This document shows, piece by piece, positions 26,513 through 34,834 of a stretch of DNA of 64,000 bases. Each line of letters begins with the position of its first letter. Position 1 is the stretch's first letter. Below the pieces are notes generated by a model, which was given only the letters and a program-made list of their open reading frames with translations, made no database searches and was not told the origin of the DNA. The stretch covers positions 1 to 64,000 of the IMG/VR virus record IMGVR_UViG_3300032323_001214, one strand, 5' to 3'. Both the position numbers and the translations under genes were made by a program.

Positions 26513-26992
26513 TTATAGTTTTGTTTTTATGTCTGTAATATCTATCTTCTGGACTACTTTAAAATCTTGTAGATTATTACTTAGTACCGAATTGGGCCAG
26601 TAATTCAACACATATTTTGCGTTGTCAACCATGACTATAGCTACTTCTTCGCTATTATCGTCTATTGCTATACAAAAGTCAATATCATCTATGCCCGATA
26701 GTAATAGTGTATATATCATACCCAAACCGCGGGTGATGTGACAATATTGATTGTCTACTAACATTTCCCATGGATTAGGCCAAGATTGCTTATCGTGTGG
26801 ATGTAGATAATGGGATACTAAAGGTGCTCGTTGCCACCATTTGTCTATCTCTACACATTTGGTAGCAACGTCCGCGTTCTCTATTGATTTTCTTAAATCA
26901 TGCCAGCTTAATAATCTAGCATTGTAGTTGAGTTGAAATACATTAATCACAATGTACTTATCATCTGTCGTATTCTCCGTATAGTTTACCAT
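26513..26992 (-). CDS. hypothetical protein, possible transglutaminase-like fold
   Basis: WPNPWEML...C motif resembles the BTLCP W.TP.E....DC motif; true start may lie further downstream. Confidence 0.45.
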   Translation of the reverse strand: MVNYTENTTDDKYIVINVFQLNYNARLLSWHDLRKSIENADVATKCVEIDKWWQRAPLVSHYLHPHDKQSWPNPWEMLVDNQYCHITRGLGMIYTLLLSGIDDIDFCIAIDDNSEEVAIVMVDNAKYVLNYWPNSVLSNNLQDFKVVQKIDITDIKTKL

Positions 26993-27063
26993 TTGCGTAG
27001 CCCGTAAAGGACAGGTGCAAAGGATCGTGGAGATCAGCTTCTAGCAGTTCTCCAGTTAAAATT

Positions 27064-27552
27064 TTACTCTGCCGTTAATGACCAAGCAGCAGACGGGCGC
27101 ACCGGCCAATCAGCAACAATGGTAGGTGGATTGATGGCAATGGCACGTAAAGCCAATCGGTATGCATCAAAGTCGCTACCGTTAGTCAAGTGCGGAGTCA
27201 AGTTTGGGTTGCGAACACTGGCAAGATCAGACCAATCGGTATCAAGCAACTCGGTTTTGGCGCGTGTTGCGTTGTCGGCTCTTTGCGCAACATTTCGCTC
27301 GGCAATTTCTTGTTCCGTCATATCCACAACATTCCAACTCTGAACCCATAAACCATCTTGCTGTATTGGTTGACCGGGAACAACCTTCTGATTGAGTCCG
27401 AGTTGAGGTGGTGTAGTTGCACCAACCATTACATACCCATCAGGTAGAGCATTAGGTGTCAAAGGTGACGGGAAGCTGGTGTTGGGGAACAGCGGTACGA
27501 GGCTTGGAATGGGCCACTGTACAACTTTATTATTTTCAATTTTTGCAAACAT
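27064..27552 (-). CDS. tail fibre assembly/chaperone-like protein
   Basis: Start at MFAKIENN with SD; LLDTDW...YRLALR...WPVRP C-terminal chaperone pattern. Confidence 0.75.
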   Translation of the reverse strand: MFAKIENNKVVQWPIPSLVPLFPNTSFPSPLTPNALPDGYVMVGATTPPQLGLNQKVVPGQPIQQDGLWVQSWNVVDMTEQEIAERNVAQRADNATRAKTELLDTDWSDLASVRNPNLTPHLTNGSDFDAYRLALRAIAINPPTIVADWPVRPSAAWSLTAE

Positions 27553-27566
27553 ATTATTTTTTCCTT

Positions 27567-28532
27567 TTACGGTGATGTGGCTGCTCGGCCATCGTTTCCT
27601 ACTACACAGAACGTAGACCCCGTCCACGCTATTGCTCGGGCATTACTGGACCCAAACGTAGTTGCGTTAAGCCCTGGTTGATAGGTCCATGTGACCCCAT
27701 CAGGTGATGTAGCCACTCGTCCACTATCGCCAACAGCGCAAAAAACTGTCCCTGTCCACGTTATAGCGCGGACACTAAAAAAGCTCCAAGCGGTAGAACT
27801 TAATCCGGACTGCGCCGTCCATGTAATACCGTCAGGAGAAGTAGCAATAGTAGCGGTGTCGCCGCCTGCACAAAACTGCGTACCATTCCATGCAATGGCT
27901 CGAACGACTGCTGCGTTGGGTGTTGCTCGGTATGTCCATGTAACTCCGTCAGGAGAAGTTGCAATTCTTCCATTTCCACCACCAACACAAAACAATGTTC
28001 CCGTCCAAACAATAGCGTTGACGTTGCCTATCCCGGGAGAGATAGCTCCTAGCCCAGACCTGTATGTCCATGTAACTCCGTCAGGAGAAGTTGCACAACG
28101 GTTGCCGTTTCCAACAACACAAAACTGCGTACCAGTCCATACAATAGCGTTGGCGGGCGCACCTACTCCCCATGTTCCGTTTCTAAGGCTTGTTTGGTAT
28201 GTCCATGTGATACCGTCAGGAGAAGTTGCAACTTGACCCAAACCACCTGCAACGCAAAACTGAGCACCTGTCCATGCAATACAAAGAACTTGATCTGTAT
28301 AACCGCTACTTAACAGTCCTGCTTGATATGTCCACGTAACACCATCTGGTGAAGTGGCGCAAGGGGCTTGGAGACTAATAAGAGCACCATTTCCAGCAGC
28401 GCAAAATTGAGAACCCGTCCAAGCAATGGCTTGAGCAATACTAGTACTAAAAGTAGTTGCGCTTAAACCTGCTTGGTAAGTCCATGTCTCTCCGGCCGGA
28501 ACTGTAGAACTAGTTGTATTACTACTAAACAT
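27567..28532 (-). CDS. Asp-box/BNR repeat beta-propeller protein
   Basis: About 7 repeats of AIAWTG.QFC..G..G..ATSPDG.TWT. Confidence 0.85.
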   Translation of the reverse strand: MFSSNTTSSTVPAGETWTYQAGLSATTFSTSIAQAIAWTGSQFCAAGNGALISLQAPCATSPDGVTWTYQAGLLSSGYTDQVLCIAWTGAQFCVAGGLGQVATSPDGITWTYQTSLRNGTWGVGAPANAIVWTGTQFCVVGNGNRCATSPDGVTWTYRSGLGAISPGIGNVNAIVWTGTLFCVGGGNGRIATSPDGVTWTYRATPNAAVVRAIAWNGTQFCAGGDTATIATSPDGITWTAQSGLSSTAWSFFSVRAITWTGTVFCAVGDSGRVATSPDGVTWTYQPGLNATTFGSSNARAIAWTGSTFCVVGNDGRAATSP

Positions 28533-28534
28533 AT

Positions 28535-29959
28535 TTACACCGTGTAGTTTTGGCCAGCATTACTGCCATACCAGTTAGTTCCGTCAGCGGTAAACACGAA
28601 TTTATCTTGTCTACTTGCTGTTGATGTTATTGTAGGTGCAGTACCACTGGGCCACTTAACAGCGGAAGGCCATGTCACAGTGCGGCCGCCGGTGCCGTCT
28701 TGCCTGAGCAGCAATGTAAAACTCTCACCAGCTGTAGCAGTCGGGAAGGTGAACGTGCAATTATTTGTCAGAGTCAATATTTGAATTGTGCCTGTTGCTG
28801 TGTCGATAGTGTAAGAAGTGCCTGTGTTGGCAGTAACCACGCCTTCTTTGTAATTGCCAGCAAGGTCGAATTTTGCTACAGGAGAATTTGTTCCAACCCC
28901 CACATTACCAGTCACAGCCAATGATGCAAGTGTACCAACACTAGTAATGTTAGGCTGTGCCGCAGTTGTTAAATTACCTGCAACAGTAGTAAATACGCCT
29001 GCAGCGGCACCAATGTTACCAACGTTAGCATTGCCAGTTACACTTAGCCCGTCGACGGCTGATAGATTACCTGATGCTATATTACCTGTTACTGCTAAAC
29101 TACTTAATGTACCAATACTTGTAATGTTAGGTTGTGCTGCTGTAGTTACTGTACCTGCAGTTGTTGCTGCACCACTTAATGTTGCTGTAATAATGTTTGC
29201 ACTAAAGCTTCCATTATTATCACGTATAACAACCGTGTTTGCTGTTGCTGCTGTCGCTGTGTTATAACCATCAAGTAAATCAGCGTTTAAATTTGCTACT
29301 TTTGTTGTTGAAATAACTACTATTGGAGCCGTGCCGTTAGCGACATTTGATTCAAATGTTGAAGCAATTACTTTGCCAACAGTATCAAAATTACCAGCAC
29401 TTGCATTACCTGTTATTGCTAATGAAGTAAGTGTACCAACACTAGTAATATTTGGCTGTGCATTAGTAATTAGTGACCCATTTAAAGTTGTTGCTACAAT
29501 ACCAGTAGCACCCAAATTACCTACATTAGCATTTCCAGTAGTATTCAATGTACCGGTGATATTTGCTCCGGAAGATGTTACTACCAATACATTAGCTACA
29601 CCTGCTACACTTGTTGTTACATTACCACTTACGCCAATAATATCAACATTACTTGTTCCGTTTGCAATACTAGAAACTGCAATATCTCCAGCAATCAATG
29701 TTCCAGTGACTGTTAGGTTTGAAACTGTCATTAAATCTGTTGTTTTATTAAACGTTAACGATGAATCTCCACCCAAAGCTCCGGCGTCATTGTATAATAT
29801 TTGAGTATTACCACCTGAAGATATACTAACAAATGATGATGTACTACCGGCTGCATCTTTCACTGCGACTTGGTTATTGGCTGTGAGAAATAAAGTACCC
29901 TTACCAGCTGCCGGTGTTGGTACGTTACCTGATGTTTCTTGTTTTAAAATTAATGACAT
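28535..29959 (-). CDS. tail fibre-like protein
   Basis: QPNITSVGTL repeats, NADLLDG motif, C-terminal QDGTGGRTVTWP..VKWP domain. Confidence 0.8.
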   Translation of the reverse strand: MSLILKQETSGNVPTPAAGKGTLFLTANNQVAVKDAAGSTSSFVSISSGGNTQILYNDAGALGGDSSLTFNKTTDLMTVSNLTVTGTLIAGDIAVSSIANGTSNVDIIGVSGNVTTSVAGVANVLVVTSSGANITGTLNTTGNANVGNLGATGIVATTLNGSLITNAQPNITSVGTLTSLAITGNASAGNFDTVGKVIASTFESNVANGTAPIVVISTTKVANLNADLLDGYNTATAATANTVVIRDNNGSFSANIITATLSGAATTAGTVTTAAQPNITSIGTLSSLAVTGNIASGNLSAVDGLSVTGNANVGNIGAAAGVFTTVAGNLTTAAQPNITSVGTLASLAVTGNVGVGTNSPVAKFDLAGNYKEGVVTANTGTSYTIDTATGTIQILTLTNNCTFTFPTATAGESFTLLLRQDGTGGRTVTWPSAVKWPSGTAPTITSTASRQDKFVFTADGTNWYGSNAGQNYTV

Positions 29960-30062
29960 TTATTACCCCTAATACATGTATTTATCTTTTTTGGATCCAC
30001 ACACGTGATTAAAATTATATGTATATTTATCTTTTAAGTTTTGGGGAAAACGTCAAGTAATT

Positions 30063-30422
30063 TTAACTTGTTCTATCCCAACTTAATGTATCTTCATTCC
30101 ACACATATATTTCACCATCAGTTGGCATACTGACTGGTGCGTCCCAGTGACATGTACCTTCATTTAATATCCACGAATTGTATGGTTTAGGGGGTATGAA
30201 TGCTTGTCTTGCTCTGTCGAAAGTATAACCTATTCCGGCAAAGTTTTTTCTAAAACTAGCATTATAACTTGTTTGTACCCAAAAACCACCTAACAGTGAT
30301 TCGCAAAATCGAATACCTTTACTTTCACTTTCTTGTCCATTTTCGTCAAGTAATTCAGTGTTATTAACTACTATAACTTGTTGAACTATATTGTTACTGT
30401 CTATTTGTGCAAAATGTGCCAT
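30063..30422 (-). CDS. tail-associated protein (MAHFA family)
   Basis: MAHFAQID...QTSYN..FRKNFAGIG...W.WNE pattern typical of T4-like fibre clusters. Confidence 0.75.
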   Translation of the reverse strand: MAHFAQIDSNNIVQQVIVVNNTELLDENGQESESKGIRFCESLLGGFWVQTSYNASFRKNFAGIGYTFDRARQAFIPPKPYNSWILNEGTCHWDAPVSMPTDGEIYVWNEDTLSWDRTS

Positions 30423-30485
30423 AGTTTTCTTTCATGTTCTATTACAATATTATGCTTTTTGCAAGCTTGTTTTTGCCATGAATAT

Positions 30486-30722
30486 TTATATATTTTTTAC
30501 TATAGCCAACAGTTCTTCACTGTTCTGTGCCGCGTCTATTGTAGTTTGAATTGTCGTGTACTTGTCACGTATTGACTGACGTTGTGCTTCTACTGCTTGA
30601 GTATCAGTGCCTGGAATTTGTTTCATAATCACTTCATCAAGTGGTTTGAATTCTTCACTACGTTTTTGTCTACGAATATCGTGACTAATTGTTTTTGCTT
30701 TGTTTAAGTTGATTGTTATCAT
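30486..30722 (-). CDS. small tail fibre-associated protein
   Basis: 78 aa; RQ.IRD chaperone-like helix. Confidence 0.65.
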   Translation of the reverse strand: MITINLNKAKTISHDIRRQKRSEEFKPLDEVIMKQIPGTDTQAVEAQRQSIRDKYTTIQTTIDAAQNSEELLAIVKNI

Positions 30723-30731
30723 GTTATTTCC

Positions 30732-31223
30732 TTATTGACCAAATGGTTCGGCTATTTGCATATAGGTATCTAAACCCCCAGTGTTATATGTCCTTACTAA
30801 GGTGGAAAACACAAACAGTTCGAGATAATCAGTAGTTCCATTACAATACGCATAGGCTTGTCCACCGATAGCTAATACTCCCCCGTTTGTATCAGAACCA
30901 ACGGCGCGTATCAATGAGCCGTTTTTTGCTACAGCAAGTGCTGCCGGACCAGTAGCAGTAGTTCTAATACGTCCGCCGAAATTAAAAAACCCAGGCATCG
31001 TTGGCCTAAATCTTTTATTAGTATTATCCCACCAACCTGCAGTGTCTCCATCGGCAGTATCTATTGGAACTTTTTGCCACCCAGCAGTAGTAGTGTTAGC
31101 TGTCCCTACTAAAATAACAGTGCTACAAAATATCCCGCGTACTGGATTACTACTCACTGTCAATGAATCAGATGCTAATGCAGGACTAGTTATCCCAGTT
31201 GATCCATTTAAAGTAATTGGCAT
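30732..31223 (-). CDS. small fibre tip protein (C1q/TNF-like beta-sandwich)
   Basis: Start MPITLNGSTG with SD; RFRPT.PG.F...NGTTDYLELF. Confidence 0.7.
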   Translation of the reverse strand: MPITLNGSTGITSPALASDSLTVSSNPVRGIFCSTVILVGTANTTTAGWQKVPIDTADGDTAGWWDNTNKRFRPTMPGFFNFGGRIRTTATGPAALAVAKNGSLIRAVGSDTNGGVLAIGGQAYAYCNGTTDYLELFVFSTLVRTYNTGGLDTYMQIAEPFGQ

Positions 31224-31227
31224 ATGT

Positions 31228-31434
31228 TTATTCCTTAAAGGGTGCGTCTGTGAAATCTGCTTGCCATGCATCTCGAAAGGTTCTGTCAGTGGGTATATCA
31301 CTAACATCTATCACTAGGTAAGGTTTACCACTAGGTACCGCACGTAATGCTTCTATTTGTTCTATACCGGGTGCTGGTACCACAACGGCTACGCCGTCTG
31401 TGTCATTGGGGTAAATTATTCTATATGTTGTCAT
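31228..31434 (-). CDS. 68-aa fibre chaperone-like protein, copy 2
   Basis: MTTYRIIYPN...DRTFRDAW. Confidence 0.8.
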   Translation of the reverse strand: MTTYRIIYPNDTDGVAVVVPAPGIEQIEALRAVPSGKPYLVIDVSDIPTDRTFRDAWQADFTDAPFKE

Positions 31435-31444
31435 TTTATTTTCT

Positions 31445-31888
31445 TCAAATAAATACTGCTGCATTCATGCTTTCATAATCCGCGTAGCCATTATTACCAG
31501 CAGTAGAATAGGTAGAATTTAACTCTACGTGGGTGGTAGTTTTATTACTTGCACGTTCCCAAAAACTAAGTGCGGCTGTATCATCTGCTAATCTACCACT
31601 AGTTCCTAAGGTCATATATAAATTAGATGATAGTGCATTTGTAAAATTTAGCTGGTATCGTCCGGCGCCAAAATCAGTTATAGTAGACACATTAAATGCT
31701 GCACGAATGGCAACTGTACCGGTTCCGTTGAAGTTTACCCATGCTCTACAAAAGGTACCGATTTGAATACCGCTCGTATTCTGAATAGTTGGTGGATTAC
31801 CGGTATCGGATCTAATTACTGATGTATTAAAAATATTACCTGAATCAGGAAGAGTTATTCCAGTTGACCCATTTAAAGTAATTGGCAT
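31445..31888 (-). CDS. small fibre tip protein
   Basis: CRAWVNFNG...FNVS.ITD.G.G.Y..NF..A domain. Confidence 0.8.
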   Translation of the reverse strand: MPITLNGSTGITLPDSGNIFNTSVIRSDTGNPPTIQNTSGIQIGTFCRAWVNFNGTGTVAIRAAFNVSTITDFGAGRYQLNFTNALSSNLYMTLGTSGRLADDTAALSFWERASNKTTTHVELNSTYSTAGNNGYADYESMNAAVFI

Positions 31889-31892
31889 ATAG

Positions 31893-32099
31893 TTATTCCT
31901 TTATTGGTGCGTCTGTGAAATCTGCTTGCCACGCATTACGAAATGTTCTGTCTGCTGGTATATCACTAACATCTATCACTAGGTAAGGTTTACCAGTAGG
32001 TACTGCACGTAATGCTTCTGTTTGTTCTATACCGGGTGCTGGTACTATAACGGCAATACCGTCATCATCATTTGGATAAATTATTCTATAGTCGGTCAT
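31893..32099 (-). CDS. 68-aa fibre chaperone-like protein, copy 1
   Basis: MTDYRIIYPN...DRTFRNAW. Confidence 0.8.
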   Translation of the reverse strand: MTDYRIIYPNDDDGIAVIVPAPGIEQTEALRAVPTGKPYLVIDVSDIPADRTFRNAWQADFTDAPIKE

Positions 32100-32108
32100 T
32101 TTTGTTTC

Positions 32109-32561
32109 TCATCTAAATACAGTTGCACCAATATACGGCACCTCAAATACTCCACCACCAGAATCAACTACCGAAAACGAAACTTGACTGGCAGTTCTGC
32201 TAGTAACAACTATTACCTCAAATGATCCAGCACCACGATATTGAACTATTGCAGGTGCTGCATAGTTTGCGTCAGGCATTGCATTTGTAAAATTTACGGC
32301 TATACTACCAACTCCGACGTCGGTGACACTGCTTACATTAAATGCAGCTAAGATTGTACTACTACCGTTACAAGCGACCCATGCTCTGCACAGTGTACCA
32401 ATTTGCGTACCTGCACTGTCTTGAAATAAAGGAGCTGTGTTGGCTGCAGTACCACGTAATGCGCTAGGTTGTATTGATGTAAGAGCATTGTTAGAGTCAC
32501 GCACTGCTAACACACCAGCTGGTGTGTTTGTTTGTATTGTGTTTACTTGTAGTGTGCTCAT
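32109..32561 (-). CDS. small fibre tip protein
   Basis: CRAWV...FNVSSVTD.G.G...NFTNAMPDANY; paralog of 31445..31888. Confidence 0.8.
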   Translation of the reverse strand: MSTLQVNTIQTNTPAGVLAVRDSNNALTSIQPSALRGTAANTAPLFQDSAGTQIGTLCRAWVACNGSSTILAAFNVSSVTDVGVGSIAVNFTNAMPDANYAAPAIVQYRGAGSFEVIVVTSRTASQVSFSVVDSGGGVFEVPYIGATVFR

Positions 32562-32562
32562 A

Positions 32563-33180
32563 TTATGCCCATGTTCCTACACTTGTGTTGCTACCGGCTT
32601 CACCAATTGGATATATTGAAAAATATGAGTTAGGTTGAATTGTATATATAGGACCAGTGGCACTAATAGTAATTTGCGGGATAAAAGTGCCTGTTCCTGA
32701 TACAGTAACTATCCCATTTATTTGTATAGTTTGATAATTTGTCGCAGAAGCAGATGGTCCTATCAAAGTAGTATTAGAAGTAGTAGCAATAAACCCTGTA
32801 TATGCAGGGGACGCTACTGTTGAAAACCCACTAGTATCAAAATATCTAATAACACTATATCCAATACTCGACACAGTTGATGTACCTCCAAACCCAATAC
32901 CATATGTATGTGAAGTTGTTGTCGTTGTTTTTATCATTGCATAGTATGCTTGGAATGCATACACTATATTACTTGACAACGTTACACCTACTCCTAGAAT
33001 TGATTGTGCTGAAGTTGAGCTGGCCATCGCTAATGTACTATTCAATCTATAATACTGCATACTAGGAACTAAGCCACGCTGTGTACCCAATGGTGTAAAA
33101 TATAATTCTCCACCGTCGTACTCAAGCGTACCTATCTCCGGTGTAATCAATGTGCTGGGCTGTAATACTAATTTCGACAT
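32563..33180 (-). CDS. tail fibre-associated beta-rich protein
   Basis: GTLEYDG motif; S/T-rich. Confidence 0.7.
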   Translation of the reverse strand: MSKLVLQPSTLITPEIGTLEYDGGELYFTPLGTQRGLVPSMQYYRLNSTLAMASSTSAQSILGVGVTLSSNIVYAFQAYYAMIKTTTTTSHTYGIGFGGTSTVSSIGYSVIRYFDTSGFSTVASPAYTGFIATTSNTTLIGPSASATNYQTIQINGIVTVSGTGTFIPQITISATGPIYTIQPNSYFSIYPIGEAGSNTSVGTWA

Positions 33181-33189
33181 TTCATTCCT

Positions 33190-33396
33190 TTATACAATAA
33201 CCCAGCGTGAGCCAGTAGCTACAGTAACAGATATACCATTTGCAATTGTTATCGGGCCTGTACTGATTCCATTAGTACCGCTACTAATAGTAGCATTAGC
33301 AGATATAGTGTTTGCATTGACATAAATTGGCGGGTTGGTACCGGGAAATGAACTTCCTGTTCCTCCGCCTGACGCTTTAATTATTGTTAATGGCAT
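33190..33396 (-). CDS. small tail fibre-associated protein
   Basis: GPITIA.G.SVTV..GSRWVIV C-terminus. Confidence 0.7.
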   Translation of the reverse strand: MPLTIIKASGGGTGSSFPGTNPPIYVNANTISANATISSGTNGISTGPITIANGISVTVATGSRWVIV

Positions 33397-33427
33397 ATAT
33401 TATCCTCTGTTATATTTAGTATTTAGC

Positions 33428-34831
33428 TTAGAAAGTTATGCTACCAGAGCTGTTGAATTGGTAAATTCTAAATCCACCTGCAACTGTTACAGTTGGACTA
33501 CCTGTAGTAGATACTGCCTCACCGAATGAGTCAGAATAACGAATTATAACGACACCTGATCCGCCACTTCCTCCTGTACCGGAGACTCCGCCTCCGCCAC
33601 CGCCTCCGCCACCTGTATTAGTTCCGCCGGCGGTGCCCACTCCTGTTGTACCACCGGCGCCACCTCCGCCGGTGCCCCCCAGTCCACGAGAAGCACCATT
33701 TTGTGACTGGCCGCCACCGCCACCGCCGGCGTAAGTAACAGATGCACCTGTGATTGCACTTGCAGTGCCGACGCCGCCTGCACCAGAAACAGAACCGGTG
33801 GCTGATTGCCCAACACCTCCTGCACCGCCGCCGCCACCTGCACCATAGACTCCACTGTTGAGATTATTTCCACCGTTATTACCTTGACTAGGGGTAGTAG
33901 ATGGTGTATTTCCGGCTGCACCAGAAATACTACTAACAATGTCTCCGTAACCGCCACCGCCACTTCCACCGACGGAGGGGTTTATTGTAGTAGGTCTACT
34001 GCCGCCAGCGCCACCACCTGTAGAAGTTATAGTTGAAAAAATACTGTTAGCACCATTAGTTGCTGCTGTTCCACCTGCTCCTACTGTTACAGTGTAAGCT
34101 ATCCCGGAAGTTACAGATAATCCTGTTCCAGAACGAAGGCCACCAGCGCCACCGCCGCCACCAGCGCCTCCAGCGCCACCGCCGCCGCCACCGGCAACTA
34201 CTAGATATTCTACTGATGATGGTGGCATAACTAAAACAACTGATAACGAAAATGTTCTAGGTGCATCTTGTAATTCACTATCATATGCTTCTATAGTGAA
34301 GCTGTATGTAGTATTGGAAACTACATTTACTGTACCACTTAATAATCCACTAGTACTGAGTGTTAATCCGGTTGGTAATGTACTACCACTTTGTAATTGA
34401 TATCCAGCAGCACCGGTCGCATTCAGTTGTAATGATATTGCTACTCCCGTTTGATATGGACCCAAGCTACTTGATGTAACCCATGTAATATTGATTGGAC
34501 TAAAAGTTATCCCAATTGGTTTTATGCAATATGTGCCATCTGTATTAACAACAGTTACATCATATGATCCTGCTATTGTTGCAGGTACTTGTACATTTAA
34601 CACAGTTGAATTTACTAGTGAAATACTTGTTGCTAGTGTAGTTCCAATATATACCTGTACGCCAGTATTAAAATTAGTACCAGTAATTTTTATAAATCCA
34701 CCGCTGGTACTTACAGCAGTATCATCTAATACTGTGTAACTTGAATTTGTAACTTGTATATTAGATATAGTGGGACTAAAAATACCACTATTTGGTTGAA
34801 AATTGTTAAAGTCAATCTGTGTTACAGCCAT
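33428..34831 (-). CDS. IPT/Ig-domain plus glycine-rich tail protein
   Basis: IPT-like ITGTNF, Ig-like LPTGLTL, VEYLVVAGGGGGG glycine-rich domain ending GSGVVIIRY. Confidence 0.85.
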   Translation of the reverse strand: MAVTQIDFNNFQPNSGIFSPTISNIQVTNSSYTVLDDTAVSTSGGFIKITGTNFNTGVQVYIGTTLATSISLVNSTVLNVQVPATIAGSYDVTVVNTDGTYCIKPIGITFSPINITWVTSSSLGPYQTGVAISLQLNATGAAGYQLQSGSTLPTGLTLSTSGLLSGTVNVVSNTTYSFTIEAYDSELQDAPRTFSLSVVLVMPPSSVEYLVVAGGGGGGAGGAGGGGGAGGLRSGTGLSVTSGIAYTVTVGAGGTAATNGANSIFSTITSTGGGAGGSRPTTINPSVGGSGGGGYGDIVSSISGAAGNTPSTTPSQGNNGGNNLNSGVYGAGGGGGAGGVGQSATGSVSGAGGVGTASAITGASVTYAGGGGGGQSQNGASRGLGGTGGGGAGGTTGVGTAGGTNTGGGGGGGGGVSGTGGSGGSGVVIIRYSDSFGEAVSTTGSPTVTVAGGFRIYQFNSSGSITF

Positions 34832-34834
34832 ATG

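Larger units (their letters stand above)
31188..32103. repeat. ~250-bp direct repeat, two copies 665 bp apart (31188-31438 and 31853-32103)
   Basis: Near-identical 68-aa gene plus the first 12 codons (MPITLNGSTGIT) of the next gene. Confidence 0.9.

Noticed and set aside
31188-32103. Diversity-generating retroelement TR/VR pair
   Set aside because: There is no reverse transcriptase in the window, both copies are intact genes, and the differences do not look adenine-specific.
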